Program-made: the position numbers and the translations under genes
Shown here: positions 47,293 to 59,602 of the stretch, piece after piece
Numbering within the stretch: the first letter of the stretch is position 1
Layout: every line of letters begins with the position of its first letter
The notes under the pieces: generated by a model
What the model was told of the DNA's origin: nothing
The model's database searches: none
The model's input: only the letters and a program-made list of their open reading frames with translations
From: Convolutriloba macropyga
Taxonomy: Eukaryota
Direction: 5' to 3'
Length of the DNA: 64,000 nt
Assembly: GCF_964194025.1 (NCBI RefSeq)
Contig: NC_134469.1
Coordinates: 64,170,001-64,234,000 of the forward strand

Positions 47293-49960
47293 ACAAGGAG
47301 GCTCGTTAATGTGCGTTTGCACATGATGTTCCGACCCGAGCTCATCTACATTTTTGACTTAACTCAACCAAATGAAGAGAAAATCCAAAAATAGATCTTT
47401 GAGTTTAAAAAAATCGTTACACAAAATACTAAATAAATTACATAATTCAATGCCTCATTACAGCACTCGCGAGATCTGTCATTAATGAGACTACGGGAGA
47501 AAAACAAACCACAAAAAACAAAAACAAAATTATGGCAAAAATGCAACATCTAAACTACGAGCAAAAAAAAAAACAAACAACAAAATAAGCAAAAACAAAA
47601 ATTTCACGACAAAAACTCAATATATAAATTTAAAAGCACCTAATAACAACGTCAAAATACAATCAGATAAAACCATAGCTACATAAATTTACTTTTTCTT
47701 TACTACAAAGCAGATTGGATTTATTTTGATGAGACTAGGTAACAAGTGAACTAAAAGAAGGAATAATGGGGCGAAATCAACCAATCATTTTGAAACCAAA
47801 TATGTTCAAACGTCTTTAAAAACCAGAAGTTTTTAACGAAAGTTCTTGATAAATTTACTAAAAAGTCATTACGACACCAATTGGACCTATCTTTGGTTAG
47901 ACTAAACCACAGAAACGAACTGAAGATGAAGAAAAACTGAAAAAGAAAGTGCGAATACCAAGTTATGAAAATATTAGAATCGTTCGCTGTTATTAATTGC
48001 TCTTGAACGTAGTTCATAGCAATTATTGTAAACGTGTGTCTTTTTTATGCAAAATTTTCGCTTGACAATTTTGACTTTTCGAGTGACTTTTACGCCCTTG
48101 ACTTTTTGCATTTCGCGTGTTCTAAAATTGCCTCTCAATCACAATTTCAAGCAGCTGAACTCAATTGGCGGCAATTTAAAACTAAAAGTCAAATGAAAAG
48201 TGCACCGAAACTGGTATCATTTTTTACTTTAAATCTTAATATTGGTATATGTTAACCTCTAATGTGGTTATTTGAAGCCCACTATAGAACATCTTAGTCC
48301 CATTTAGCCCCCCCCCCCCCGGACTGAAGCAGGCTGCAATTGATTAGAGCTCCCACTAGTCGTTCAAGAGCAATTCTTCCGACGTTCAGAATATTGTTTT
48401 TATTTCAAATGTTATTTAAACTAGCTCAGTTCAAATAATACCGAATTATTAAATATGTTCGCTTGGGCCTAATTGGAAAAGCATTGGGATGAGAAGGAAA
48501 AACAAATTTTGACCACTAACAGAACTTTTTTAAAACCTTGTTTTGTCCGACAAACAAAATATCAGTTACGGTGTAATGTAAGTAGGCACGTTAAAATTCG
48601 AATTACGAGGAAGTGGATGGGGTCTTTCAATGATGAGAAATAGACACAAGTTGACAAATATAATAACAAAAACTAAAAATTTTTTAAAATATTTAAAAAT
48701 AAATATCATACTTTAAGGCTTTTTGCTTAATACTTACTGCGTTGAGTAACTTCATTTATTCAACCCGCATTTAGAAGCTTATGAGACTTTTCAGCATTTT
48801 ATGACTAGATAAAGAATAATAAAACAGGCAAAAACAGCAAATTGAAACCAAAATTTGAGAGAGAAGTTTCGAAGCCCTTAAAAAATGAACTATTCAGTGA
48901 TAACTTTCCATTTTTCTAATAAATTTTTAACAAGTGGATTTTTTTTGTAACAAAAGTGAGTTAAAAAAAACAACAGATATGAACAAGTATATTAAAACCG
49001 CGAAATTTTTTAGAAAATCCGTCGTTTTACAGCCATTAATTTCAAAAGCTTTCAACGGAAATCAGTAATAAGTTATAATATGTTGTGCCTCGATTGGTAA
49101 GCAATACTTTATGTCATTTTGTAATCATCAATAAGTCATCACAATAAGTGGTTTGACTATGAAAACGACAACAAATACAGGCAGAAACGAAAACTTCAGT
49201 AGAAACGAAGAGTGTCGAAGCCATTAAAACCATACGATCTTCTCTGAAAACCTTATCTATGATCAGTTTAACGTCTTATCCAAGCCAAGTGGAACTGTCA
49301 GTAATAAGATATTGTGAAAAGATTCTAAAACGAATCAAAATTATCAAAAAATAACCAAAAATTTTTAAAAAAATTTAAGAAAAGTGGCATCGAGGTCATA
49401 AAGTCCATAGTTAACTACCATTAAACCGATAACGAAATTAATTGTGGTTGCAGTAGAAAAGAACGGATTGTTTGTTGATTGAGTATCCTTTGACTGTGAA
49501 TAAAGTTTGTCATTAACAGAACCTTGAATTGAAAAGTAGCTAGCCTCCAAGTGACTCAAAAAAATCAAAAAAAATTTGTGGTTTTTCAAATTAACAGCTC
49601 TCAATTAGAAATCGATGTTTTTAATAGTAAACTTCCCTATGATACGAAAACTAGTCCTTTTTATGGCGGTTCGTCTGTTAAAGACACAAGATTTTTTCGT
49701 TTGTAGTGTAAAATGTAGTTTTGAATCAGTATTTATAAAAAAAAATCTTAACCAAAAAATACGCAAAAAGTGAACAAAAGCATGCCAAACATCACGTGTT
49801 CACGCAAAACTTTAAACCTCGATAATTCCTCGAAAAAAAAACGAAATTAAAAAAAATGTTTTTAATTCCAAACTCGACGCTGGACGAGATTTTTAATGAT
49901 ACCACTCACATTTCTGTACGATGAATATATCGATCGGCCGAAATTGACTGAACAAAAAAC
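47293..49960 (-). mobile_element. Diverged family A element with a nested family D insertion
   Basis: ACAAGGAGGCTCGTTAATGTGCGTTTGCACATGATGTTCCGACCC at the left; conserved ATCGATCGGCCGAAATTGACTGAAC block at the right; final subTIR missing. Confidence 0.7.
47993..48398 (+). mobile_element. Family D element without the tRNA cassette
   Basis: Perfect 15-bp IR AATTGCTCTTGAACG (47995) / CGTTCAAGAGCAATT (48361). The first ~120 bp resemble 35473 onward; the centre differs. Confidence 0.72.
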
Positions 49961-50979
49961 CCTTAATCAAGATCTACTTTTTCAATGGCAAAAATGCTAA
50001 CATTCAAAACTTAGAACATTTGTTGATATCAAAATATCATTGATTTTTGTCAACACCGGCAATTTATTCCAAAATAAAGAGGATCGCCCATCTGTGCTGT
50101 CGCACAGCGTGCTCGACCTTCAATTAAATGGATAGCCAGAGGTTATACATTACTTTCATCAAATCTCAGGTATGTTAAAATAAAATCATGACTTTTCAAG
50201 AAAAACAAATTTAATTAAAAATTCGCTTACTTTGCGAGCGCTTCCGGCTATTTAATTACTTTGTCATTTCATGTTTTCAATTAAGGCTTGCGCGTTTTCT
50301 AATTGTGGATTTGCTATCTTTGAATCACGCCAAAGTTCAATAATAACAAGATATTAAGTTAACAAACAGCAAAATGCTCGCAATACTGAAAGAAAATTAA
50401 ACTTGAGAAAATTGCGCTTGTCGTGGCTTATAGCAATAGTACCAGTGTAATTGCAACCCTAATGAAATAAAATTAAGTTATGAACCATTTAAATAATAGC
50501 GCAAAATGACAATGTAAGCAAACGAAGATAAATGCCAGCAAAATTAAAGGAAAGCTGTTAATCAGCAGCATCAAATCATTTAAAATCATTAACTATGCCT
50601 TGGTGCTGTCAAGGAACTGCAACTGTTGTGTAGTAAAAAGTCATACAACCTTCGACAAATGGTTTGGAATGGTAAGATAGACGAACAGGAATTTGCGGGT
50701 ACAAGTGAAGACATTTGCGAAAATTTGTTCTGAAAATATACATTTTGAACGTTGTCAAAATCAAGGGTTTCTGCATAATTTGGAATTAGAACCAAGTTTT
50801 GTTAGATAACACATAGACCGCTACAAAAGGTGCGAATTAAAAGGAACAAAAACCACAATATATACCAACAAAGGTGCAAAGCACTTTAATATTTCGAGAT
50901 GAAACGGAAGTCATTTTATTCATTTTTATAGCTGCGAAGCTGTAAGCTGAGCGTAGCTATATTGCGGTGCTCTTGGTTT

Positions 50980-53900
50980 TTTTACGACTCGAAGAGGAGT
51001 ATTGGTTTTCTTAAGGTTTTTACGACTCGAAGAGGAGTATTGGTTTTCTCTTGGTCTTTTTTTTTTACAGGAAGTACTATTTGTTCAGGTGGCGTTTTGA
51101 CCTAATAGTGAAAGCGAGTAAAAGTGCCGTGTGAACTGATTTTTCTGATCGAAAGAAGTTTATTGTTCATGCGCTACGTTCAGTGAATGACTTTTTGACT
51201 TTGAAAAGAGTTTTTGAGAGATTGGCGCATATAGATGAGTTTTTAGCCGTTTTTCGTCCATTTGGCCCAATTTTTTTAATTGTAACTTGGTTTCTTGTAG
51301 AAGTAAATTTTGATCGATACCGCATAAAAATGCAAACATCTGAAATCGAAGCCACAATGTTTTTGAGATCTTGATAATGCGTTTAAAGTGCAAAATTGGC
51401 CCATTTTTCTCAATTTTTTTGTCAATTTTTGTTTTTTTTTTCATTTTTGCTTCATTTTTGGCTTTTAAGCGGACTTTATTTTACCAAAGTAGTACATATG
51501 TCAACGTCTTTTTGATAATTCCTGAATTGGATCCCTCTTTTGGACGTGAGGTGTTTTTGTTTTATAAAAATGTACACATAATAATCCAAATTTCGCGGTT
51601 TTTTTTGTCAAAGTTTTCAATTTTTTTGTTTGTATTTTGAGTTTGTTAACCATTAAAAGTCTTTTGCTGCTCCATCGTTAGTTTTGGTTTCGTTTGGTTG
51701 CTCATTGAGTTGTTTTTGGCCGCAAATCTTTAAAATTCAGTGAAAATTTCTACCATATTTTGAACAGTTTTTTTGCAAATTGTTCTACTGTTTCGCAATT
51801 GCGCTCTTTTAACTTCTTATTGAGACAGGAGGATGGGTATGTAATCTTCTTAAACCTCGATTGCTTATTAACAAACAAAATCATATTTTCAATCTTTTTC
51901 ATTTTAAATTTTAATTAGATTTTCCGATTTAGTTTTGATTTTTCAGAAATTGCGAATTTTTTTTTAAATGTACGAGGATTGTAATCTTTATCACAATGTA
52001 TGTGTTCTCCCTATTCTGGCATGTTTCCTTCTACCATTTTCCTATGAATTATAAATTTATTCGCCCTGCCTGTTTTTATAAAACTGAAAATAATTGATTT
52101 GAACTAATTTTTTTTTGTCGTTTTCCTTTGACTTTTGTTTGATTTGAACTAATTTTTTTGTCATTTTCCTTTGAAGTTTTTTTTGCAGTTGATTTTACTC
52201 AATGTAATATAGTTCTGAGGTTTCGCTACCTTCACTTTTACAAATTTTGAACAACTCTTTTCTGCGAATATTCTTAGGGCTTGGTTTTGGTAAAATACGA
52301 ATTTTTGCGTCTGAATATTGTTCTGTCTCTTTAGTTTTTTCATGATTAATTTCGATTTAAGTTTTTTGGTCATTGTTTAGTTTTATCGCGAAGTTTTCGA
52401 AAATTGTTTAGTTTTATCGCGAGTTTAGTTTTATCGCGAGTTTTCGAAAATTGAAAAATTTTGTAACAATTTTTGGAATTATCTTTCAGTATTCACCTTT
52501 TTCTTGTAAATTAAAATTTTGGGAGCCTAATATGGCTTGATTTCTGATGCTGGCATACTTTGATGTTTTCAATTGCGTAAAAAGAATTGGATTGTTTTAT
52601 ATGCAGGAGGAATGTAATTTTTAGTTTAGTTGGTTTTGTCTTCTTTTTTTGACGGAATTTTTGTTGTTGTTTGTAGAAATTTTATTTTAGAACAGTTTAT
52701 TTGAAAGGTAATTCTTTCATGAAGACGACTCTTCGAGTCGTTTCCGGAATTCTTCCGGCTATGTTTTTTTTTTACCGGAAGTACTATTCGTTCAGACGAT
52801 GTTTTGACCTAAAAGCGAAAGCGAGTAAAATTGCAGTGTGAACTAATTTTTTCTGAGCGAGAGAAGTTTTTTGATCATACGCTGCGTTTAGTGAATGACT
52901 TTTTGACATTAAAAAGTAGTTTTTGACTGAATGGCACATTTAGATAACCGTTTTTAGCCGTTTTTTCGTCTAAGTGGCCTAGTTTTTTTGCTTGTAATTT
53001 GGTTTTTTGTAGAAATAATTTTTAATCGATGCTATGTTGAAATGTAAGTAAACCCCTGAAATTGATAGCACATTATTTTGCATAGCCTGAAATTGCGTTT
53101 CAAATGCGAAATTGGCACATATTTTTTGATTTTTTAGTTAATTTTTGGCTTTTTTTTCCTATTAATTTCTTCATTTTTGGATCTTTTAGCTGTTTTTTGT
53201 CAACAATCAGTTAATATGGCAACTTCCCTTTGATATTTCATATACTCAAATCCTCTTTCTACCTCGATGTAATTTTGTTTCATAAAATTGTACATTTGCT
53301 AATCCGATTTTCGTATTTTTTTGCCAATTTTTTTCAGTTTTTTGTTTGTATTTTGCTTTTAATTACTAGAGATAGTAATTTGGGGAACATGGGGGATTTT
53401 AATTTCGTTTTAATAGAAATTCAATCATTTTTTGGTGTTAATCTTTTGAAAAAACAGATAAATGTTTTTCATAAATGCAGTCTTAATTATTTTTTGACCA
53501 CTTTTTTTGCAAAATGTTTCATTGTTACTTATGTCTGAATTCTGCTTTTTCTTGTTTTTTTTCTGTACAGCAAGTTGGATTTTTGTCTCGAATGACTCGT
53601 TGTCTTTTCTATGTCTCGAACGCTGAGCAATGAATTGTACTCGTTTTTCTTGATTTTTTTAAGTTTGATTTTTAACTTTCAAAAATCAAGAATTGGTCTT
53701 TTTGTTACGGTTTTCCTAACACTGTGTCCATATTATTCACATTCTCGTTTGTATCATTTTAGTTTTGTCATGGCACCTACTTTTATATTCGTTATATTAA
53801 TTTTTTCTGTTGTTAAAAAATTGAATGAATTCAGATTTTTCTTAGATCTTGTTTCTTCGGTTTGCAATGCAATTGATTTAATTCAAAATAAGGCAGTACT

Positions 53901-54538
53901 GGGAGTCTACTAGAAAGTCTTTTCCAACATTTCTACTTAATACTATTCATTGCAATTTTCTTCCGGGCTTGGTATTGTTTTTAGACGATTTTTTGCCTTT
54001 GAATATTATTCTGTTGCTTTTGTTTTTCTATGATTATATTAATTTTTGAATTAGTATGAAATCATGTTGTCTAGCATATATACAACAAGGAAGAGTCATG
54101 TGTTATTTTTTTCCTAATTGCCGTGATTAGAAATCTAATTGTAGTGGTTCTCTGATTCTTAAGTTTGAGCACTATTTTTAATAATTTTGACTTTCCTGTC
54201 TTTTTTGAAAAGTTTTTATCTGCCGTTTGCTTTCGCGATCTTTTTGAGATTAGAATCATTGATTATCTGAGGGCAATTGATGGCCCTGTCAGCTTTGTCA
54301 GGCTATCAGTTTTTTGACCTTCCTAAAAATTTCAGACTTTTTTAACGTTACCAAACGTTTTCAATAATAAAATTTTGCTGCATTTTCTTTCTCTTGGTGA
54401 CAGTGGTTTAAATTTCACCGATTTTTATATCAGACCCGGGGAGGTAATGAGTTAATGTTTTTTACAAAAGGTAATGGCTTCAGCTTTTTGTGAAGTTTTG
54501 GTGCTTCGAGTCGCTTCCGGAATTCTTCCGGCTATGTT
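50980..54538 (+). mobile_element. Head-to-tail pair of ~1.78-kb Helentron-like elements, family B
   Basis: 5' ACGACTCGAAG (50984, repeated at 51022); 3' CTTCGAGTCG + hairpin CCGGAATTCTTCCGG + CTATGTT at 52731-52765 and 54504-54538. Bodies starting at 51066 and 52774 are homologous. Other termini at 7337, ~19503/19538, ~34750/34785, ~36218 and 37133. Confidence 0.78.
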
Positions 54539-54702
54539 TTTTGTTTCGTCGTCTGACGCTTCATTTTCGTTTTACATTTGTTCTAGAACATTCTGTCTCG
54601 TCACTGCTTAAATGGCTTTTTCGCGCTTGATTTCACGTTTTCTGCGTGACCTAAATTGCGGTTATTCAGAAACAAAGTTGATTGTAAGAAAACAGATTGT
54701 AT

Positions 54703-54783
54703 GGTCCGACAGCCGAGTGGTTAAGGCGACTGGCTGTTAATCCGGAGCTGGCCGTTTCGAGACTCGACAGGGAAAATTTTTTT
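54703..54783 (+). pseudogene. tRNA-like cassette in a family D-type fragment
   Basis: GCCGAGTGGTTAAGGCGA is a tRNA-Ser-type D arm; then CTGTTAATCC, GTTTCGAGAC, a T7 run and GCACCCA as at 35760 onward. Confidence 0.6.
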
Positions 54784-56234
54784 GCACCCAAAAACAACCT
54801 CCTTTGAAATAAACTTGTAAGTTTTATAGGCGGCGGCGATAACTATTATCAACTCACTTCTGTATCTTTTTCCATCTGTATTTTACGGCACGCAAGTCTA
54901 TTTCGCAGCTATTCCGGCTATCTGCCGGCTATGTTTGTATATTGAAGCCATCACATTTCAAAACAAAACAAAGGTTATCAAATACACATTCCTTTACTAT
55001 TTGCACGAAACGAACCGTTAGCTGTAGTTTGAAATTGGTTTTTATAGAGAAATATTCAGCATCGTAAAACGTGTTCTTTTTCGTCAGCTTGGCATGCCGT
55101 ATGAGAGACAAAATAGGAAAAAGCCGAAAAGTTAAGGAGAGAATTTTGTTTTAAATACCCCATATCTTATTGAAAACGAAATTCAAAAAAAAACCTTTTC
55201 GTTTAGATATTCTGTGATGTATGGGCTTGTGAATGAGGTTACTAATGTCTTCCGCCGGTCAATATATCGGGGTGAGGGAGTCCTATATAGTTAATTGCCT
55301 CATTACATGAGGTCGGGACAGTAGGTATCGTTTGATCTTTATTGTTTTAGAGTGTCTTGTTTCGATATCAGTGCTAACAATGAAATAAATCTAAGAATGC
55401 AAAAAAATGGAATTGTTACCACGGAAGAATGTTCACATGATTACCTTCTTTTGGTCAGTGTTTATCTTTTCAATAGTGTATATCAAACCTCCCACAACCC
55501 TTGCCGGGAATGCGCAAAGAGAAAAAAGATTAATGTGGAAAAATTCTTTGAATAAAACTCAAATTGGAGTACCAGGCACACTTTAAGGTACCTGTTTCTT
55601 TGTAGCAGAATCAATGTAAACAAAATTGGGAAGTTTCATTGACAAACATGAAATTTTGTAGAACTTTTGGGGATAATTTTTTAATTGATTTATCCTAAAC
55701 AGGTTATAAAAGAAGATTCAACGAATGATGGTACATTGGTCACAAAAAGACAAACGACTAGCAAAGATATTGTGAAACAAGCCTGCTGTTTACAAAGCTC
55801 TAAACCTCAGTTACAACTCCAAAAAAGATATTTTAAAGAAATCCTCCTATTAAAATAGAAACTTTACTGGTTTTCCAATAGAACCACTTAAAAGTTACCG
55901 TAGAAAAAGGCTTTCGTTCGAGTTCTTTCGCACAGATTTTTGGTGTTCAAATTAAGTACGTGTTTTCAGATTTTTTGGATATGAAGTTTTTTTCAAAAGC
56001 CTTTTATGATTGCTCTTTCTATTTTTTAAAATAAAAGTTGAACTCTACTGCAGCTAAGGGACAGCCTAGAATACATTTCAAAGATGTTGGAACTTTTGAA
56101 ATTTTTCAATGAGTGGCCAGCTTCGGTTCAAACTGTGATGAGATCTTTGTTTATGGGCTGCACTTTCTAAATTTGACTAATATTTTATGTTTGAGAACTT
56201 GATACCTGGTTTATGTTATACATTCTTTCAGACG

Positions 56235-56436
56235 ATGAATGGTAAGAGGCCTGCTTCGTTAGCACAGGAGCATGAAGGTCGAAAGGACATTGTCATCTTC
56301 GGAGTGACAGGTGTCACTGGTCAGATCGTGTTCGAACATGCTCTTTCAAGGTTCAATGCAGATCAGATTGTAGTGGCTGGTCGAAGCAGGACCAAAATGG
56401 AACAAACTATCAAGGATTCAGTTAACTTGCATCCAG
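56235..56436 (+). CDS. SCCPDH: Saccharopine dehydrogenase-like oxidoreductase, coding exon 1
   Basis: Rossmann motif DIVIFGVTGVTG and VAGRSRTKM; donor CAG|GTATGT, phase 1. Confidence 0.88.
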
Positions 56437-58872
56437 GTATGTTCAATATATTTTGAATCACGCATTTCCATAATGCTGAATAGTCGCGTCAGCTTTTCTG
56501 ACAGCTATCAGTGGTCCAATTCTCTACAAGTTGTGAACCATAAATTATTAAGCCATTATTTATTAAGCACTTTCGTTGTCTTTTTGTTCTATCTACATAT
56601 ATATTCCAATCAATATAACCAACGGTGACTATCAATTTGATGTTTTGGGCTATAATTGAATAACTATGTTGATTACTTAATATGAAAAGTTTATCGCAAT
56701 TATTTGGACCGCTGTTTGCTCCTTCTAATGCCATTACCGTTTTTGTGAGACCGATTTGACTTTTCATTCAATAGATTTCTCATCTTTCACCTTCATTTTG
56801 TGTATTGAGTGTGTTCATCGGGGTTCTACACCGTACATCCTGATCCCGTTGCTCGTTCCTTTTCAGGGAGTTGCTTATCTTTATAGGATTATAATTTAGA
56901 TGTTCCAAAATTTTGATGTATACTCCCGAATAAATGAATTCTTTCTTTCTCTTTCTTTAAATAAAGCCAAGGCAAAAAGTTGAGAAGCTGTTTTTCAAAC
57001 CTTCTATTTAAAGAGAGCGCGCTGCATTGAGATAGATGCAAAGCAACATTTTTGTAAAAAATGCTCTCTTCCAAGTTTTGAATAGTGTTTTCCGAGTCTT
57101 CTGTAGGGATTTCATATTTGCATAATTGTAATATTTATTGGTTGAACTGACTGAGATCCAACATTTTACAAAGAGAAGTGAATTTTTGGAATTTCCGATT
57201 TGTTTTTCAATTTGACTGTGTTTAATTTAATTAAAAATTAAACGTTTTAATTTATCGCTTTTAATGTTTTATTTGTTTTAGCTAATAGCTAAGGTTCTGG
57301 CTAACGGCTGATGATTGGTCGCAAAAATTTTAAAGCTATTTTCATGTGATTTTTGGCAGTGTGATATGTTTTTTTTATTTGCGAAGATTAAAAGTACTCT
57401 AATGTTTTGCTTCATTTTAATGTTGAGAGACAAAGTATAGACGTACTTTTTTTCAGTTTCTGTGCATATTTAAATGTCTGACATTTCTCTGTGACATCTT
57501 GACTACTAAAAGTCAAATCAAAAGCTCATGGGAGTCCGTTTTTTTTATTTAAGCCAGTTGTCATTTTATTCGTGTTTTGTAGAGGAAGAGTGCATAAGAA
57601 ATGGTCATTTTGTACTCTGGGAAGAGTAAACACGAAATAGAATTGTTCACTTCACAACTTGATATGAGTAGAATTTATCATCATGTGAACCTCGACATAT
57701 GGTTGAGTTAACTTCTCAACTTAAAATTAGTTTATTTTTTGTATGAAATGTCATTTCAATTTTCTCTCGGTTCTTAAAAATCATTTTGAGGGCTGATCTG
57801 TGCAATTTCGCTTGGATTCAACATTTACAATACAAAAGTTATCCCTTATTTCCAAATTTAATCTCAAACCAATCAAATTTCAAAATTGAGTTCAAACGAA
57901 GCATAGCACACGGGGGCAGCTTGCGCATTTAATTAGTATTTGTAACATGGTATCGTAATAACATATTAAAATGACAAAAAAATAAATTTTAAGGTCCGAA
58001 AGAAGTGACACGTAGTTTAGTTGACTATGTTTTTTTTGTTCTGAAGAGTTACGGAAATTTTGTTGTTGCTCAAGAACTAATAGGTTTTGACAAATGATAC
58101 GGACTGGTGATTTTCTAAACAATGAGGCATTGAATAGTTTTTTAATTCTCAAAAATGTTCACATTTTCACCATCTCTTTAATTGATTTTAATGCGCTCAA
58201 GGCGCTCTCCTTTTGGTTCTTTTCTTCTGATCAGAATGGAATTTCTTGTCTGGTTGGTAATTTAATGCCTTTTAATTTTTCTTTTATAAGTCTTGATACG
58301 CCAGATTTTATTAATGGTTTTTGTTAGAAGTTACTAAAGAAAGGGTTACCAAAGAAAGAAGTTCATCTGTTGCGTTCATCGGGATATGCAAAAGTAGTTC
58401 TCTAACTGACATTATACAACCAACAGATAAAAATCACAATTTTTTGTTAGCTTTTAAAACTTTATTCTTTTTAAAATTTAACTTTGTGTGTTCCGCAATA
58501 TTGTTTTGATTCAATTTTTCTTTTTTGATTTTTATTTTGTAATGCTGTGATAAACTTATTTGTAATGCTGTGAGCCTAATTGTTGTGATAAACTTATTAA
58601 ATAGATACGCTATGATCATGAGTTGCCTGTGTGTGGTGGAGCGCCCTTAAGGGATTTTAGAAACAGGCTTGTCAAGTTTGCTCTCAGTGGTTCGCTGTGC
58701 CGTGTTTGTGCTCTGTCAGTGGTCCTGCGTGCTGTTGGTGGTCTCGGGTCTACGATCCCCAGGTTTTGTGTGTTCTCTGGGGTCTGTGGCCAAACCGGAA
58801 GGAAAGACATCTAACCACCAGGTTGTACTGCTCCTACACATGCTTACTTCATATATATTTATATAGTGTATG

Positions 58873-58875
<3 letters not shown>

Positions 58876-58923
<48 letters not shown>
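58876..58923. repeat. (TA)n(TG)n microsatellite
   Basis: About 18 TA units followed by TG units. Confidence 0.95.
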
Positions 58924-59015
58924 ATGCTGTGTGTCTATGAGTGTGCTCCTGTGTTTGTGCTCCTGGATTTGTACATGCGTGAACCAGACGATACTGCTTC
59001 ATATTTTTGCAGGTG

Positions 59016-59549
59016 ATGAGACAATTTGCTGCACAGATCCTGCCCTGGAATGCACAAGATTTAGTAATTGGCACATCCAGGACAAAATATATTGAAGGCA
59101 GCGCAGTTGGAGCAACCATCCACTCATATCGCGGAGCTAACCTAATCGACCTCTTCAATGTAGTTAACCAGTATCCGCCCCTCAATTTGAGATCAGTATG
59201 CATTGTCGCAGGATTCAATGATCACCACTACTCATGCTCTCACTTCATTGAATGCTACCGAGTTCTGTTGGATATCATATGTTATAAATTCCAACCGCGT
59301 ATTGTCGTTTCACCTAAAATAATTGCCACTTCAAATAATAAACTTGTTAACAGGAAAATATATTTCATGAACTTGGCTCTGCATCGATTTCTTCATTTTT
59401 ATGCAGTTTCTTTGATTGTTTCACCATATTTTTTCTTCAGCAGATCTGCTTTTTGTCGAGATGGTATTCATTTCTCTTTCTACGGTAACCATTTGTTTAC
59501 GTTGTATCTACATAATGTGATATCCTTTTGCAATGAATTTTATGCATAG
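59016..59549 (+). CDS. SGNH/GDSL-type esterase ORF, putative ORF1 of the retrotransposon (177 aa)
   Basis: All four SGNH blocks in order: LVIGTS (Ser), SYRGA (Gly), IVAGFND (Asn), RDGIHF (Asp/His). Intact frame ending 53 bp before the RT ORF. Confidence 0.8.
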   Translation: MRQFAAQILPWNAQDLVIGTSRTKYIEGSAVGATIHSYRGANLIDLFNVVNQYPPLNLRSVCIVAGFNDHHYSCSHFIECYRVLLDIICYKFQPRIVVSPKIIATSNNKLVNRKIYFMNLALHRFLHFYAVSLIVSPYFFFSRSAFCRDGIHFSFYGNHLFTLYLHNVISFCNEFYA

Positions 59550-59602
59550 TTATATTCATCTTTATCAATAATCTACACTCGGTAAACAGCCTCCCTCTGA
59601 CA

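Noticed and set aside
19400-54300. Many 60-120-aa Phe/Lys/Ile-rich ORFs in the track
   Set aside because: Low-complexity translations of AT-rich repeats with no motifs or splice-phase support.
35683-54783. Functional tRNA genes (His, Ser, Val, Asn)
   Set aside because: Acceptor and anticodon stems do not pair, copies differ widely and most lie in repeats; the differing anticodons are probably drift.
58620-58675. Hammerhead or HDV-like ribozyme at the retrotransposon 5' end
   Set aside because: A stem and GAAAC are present, but I could not trace a CUGAnGA core or an HDV double pseudoknot.
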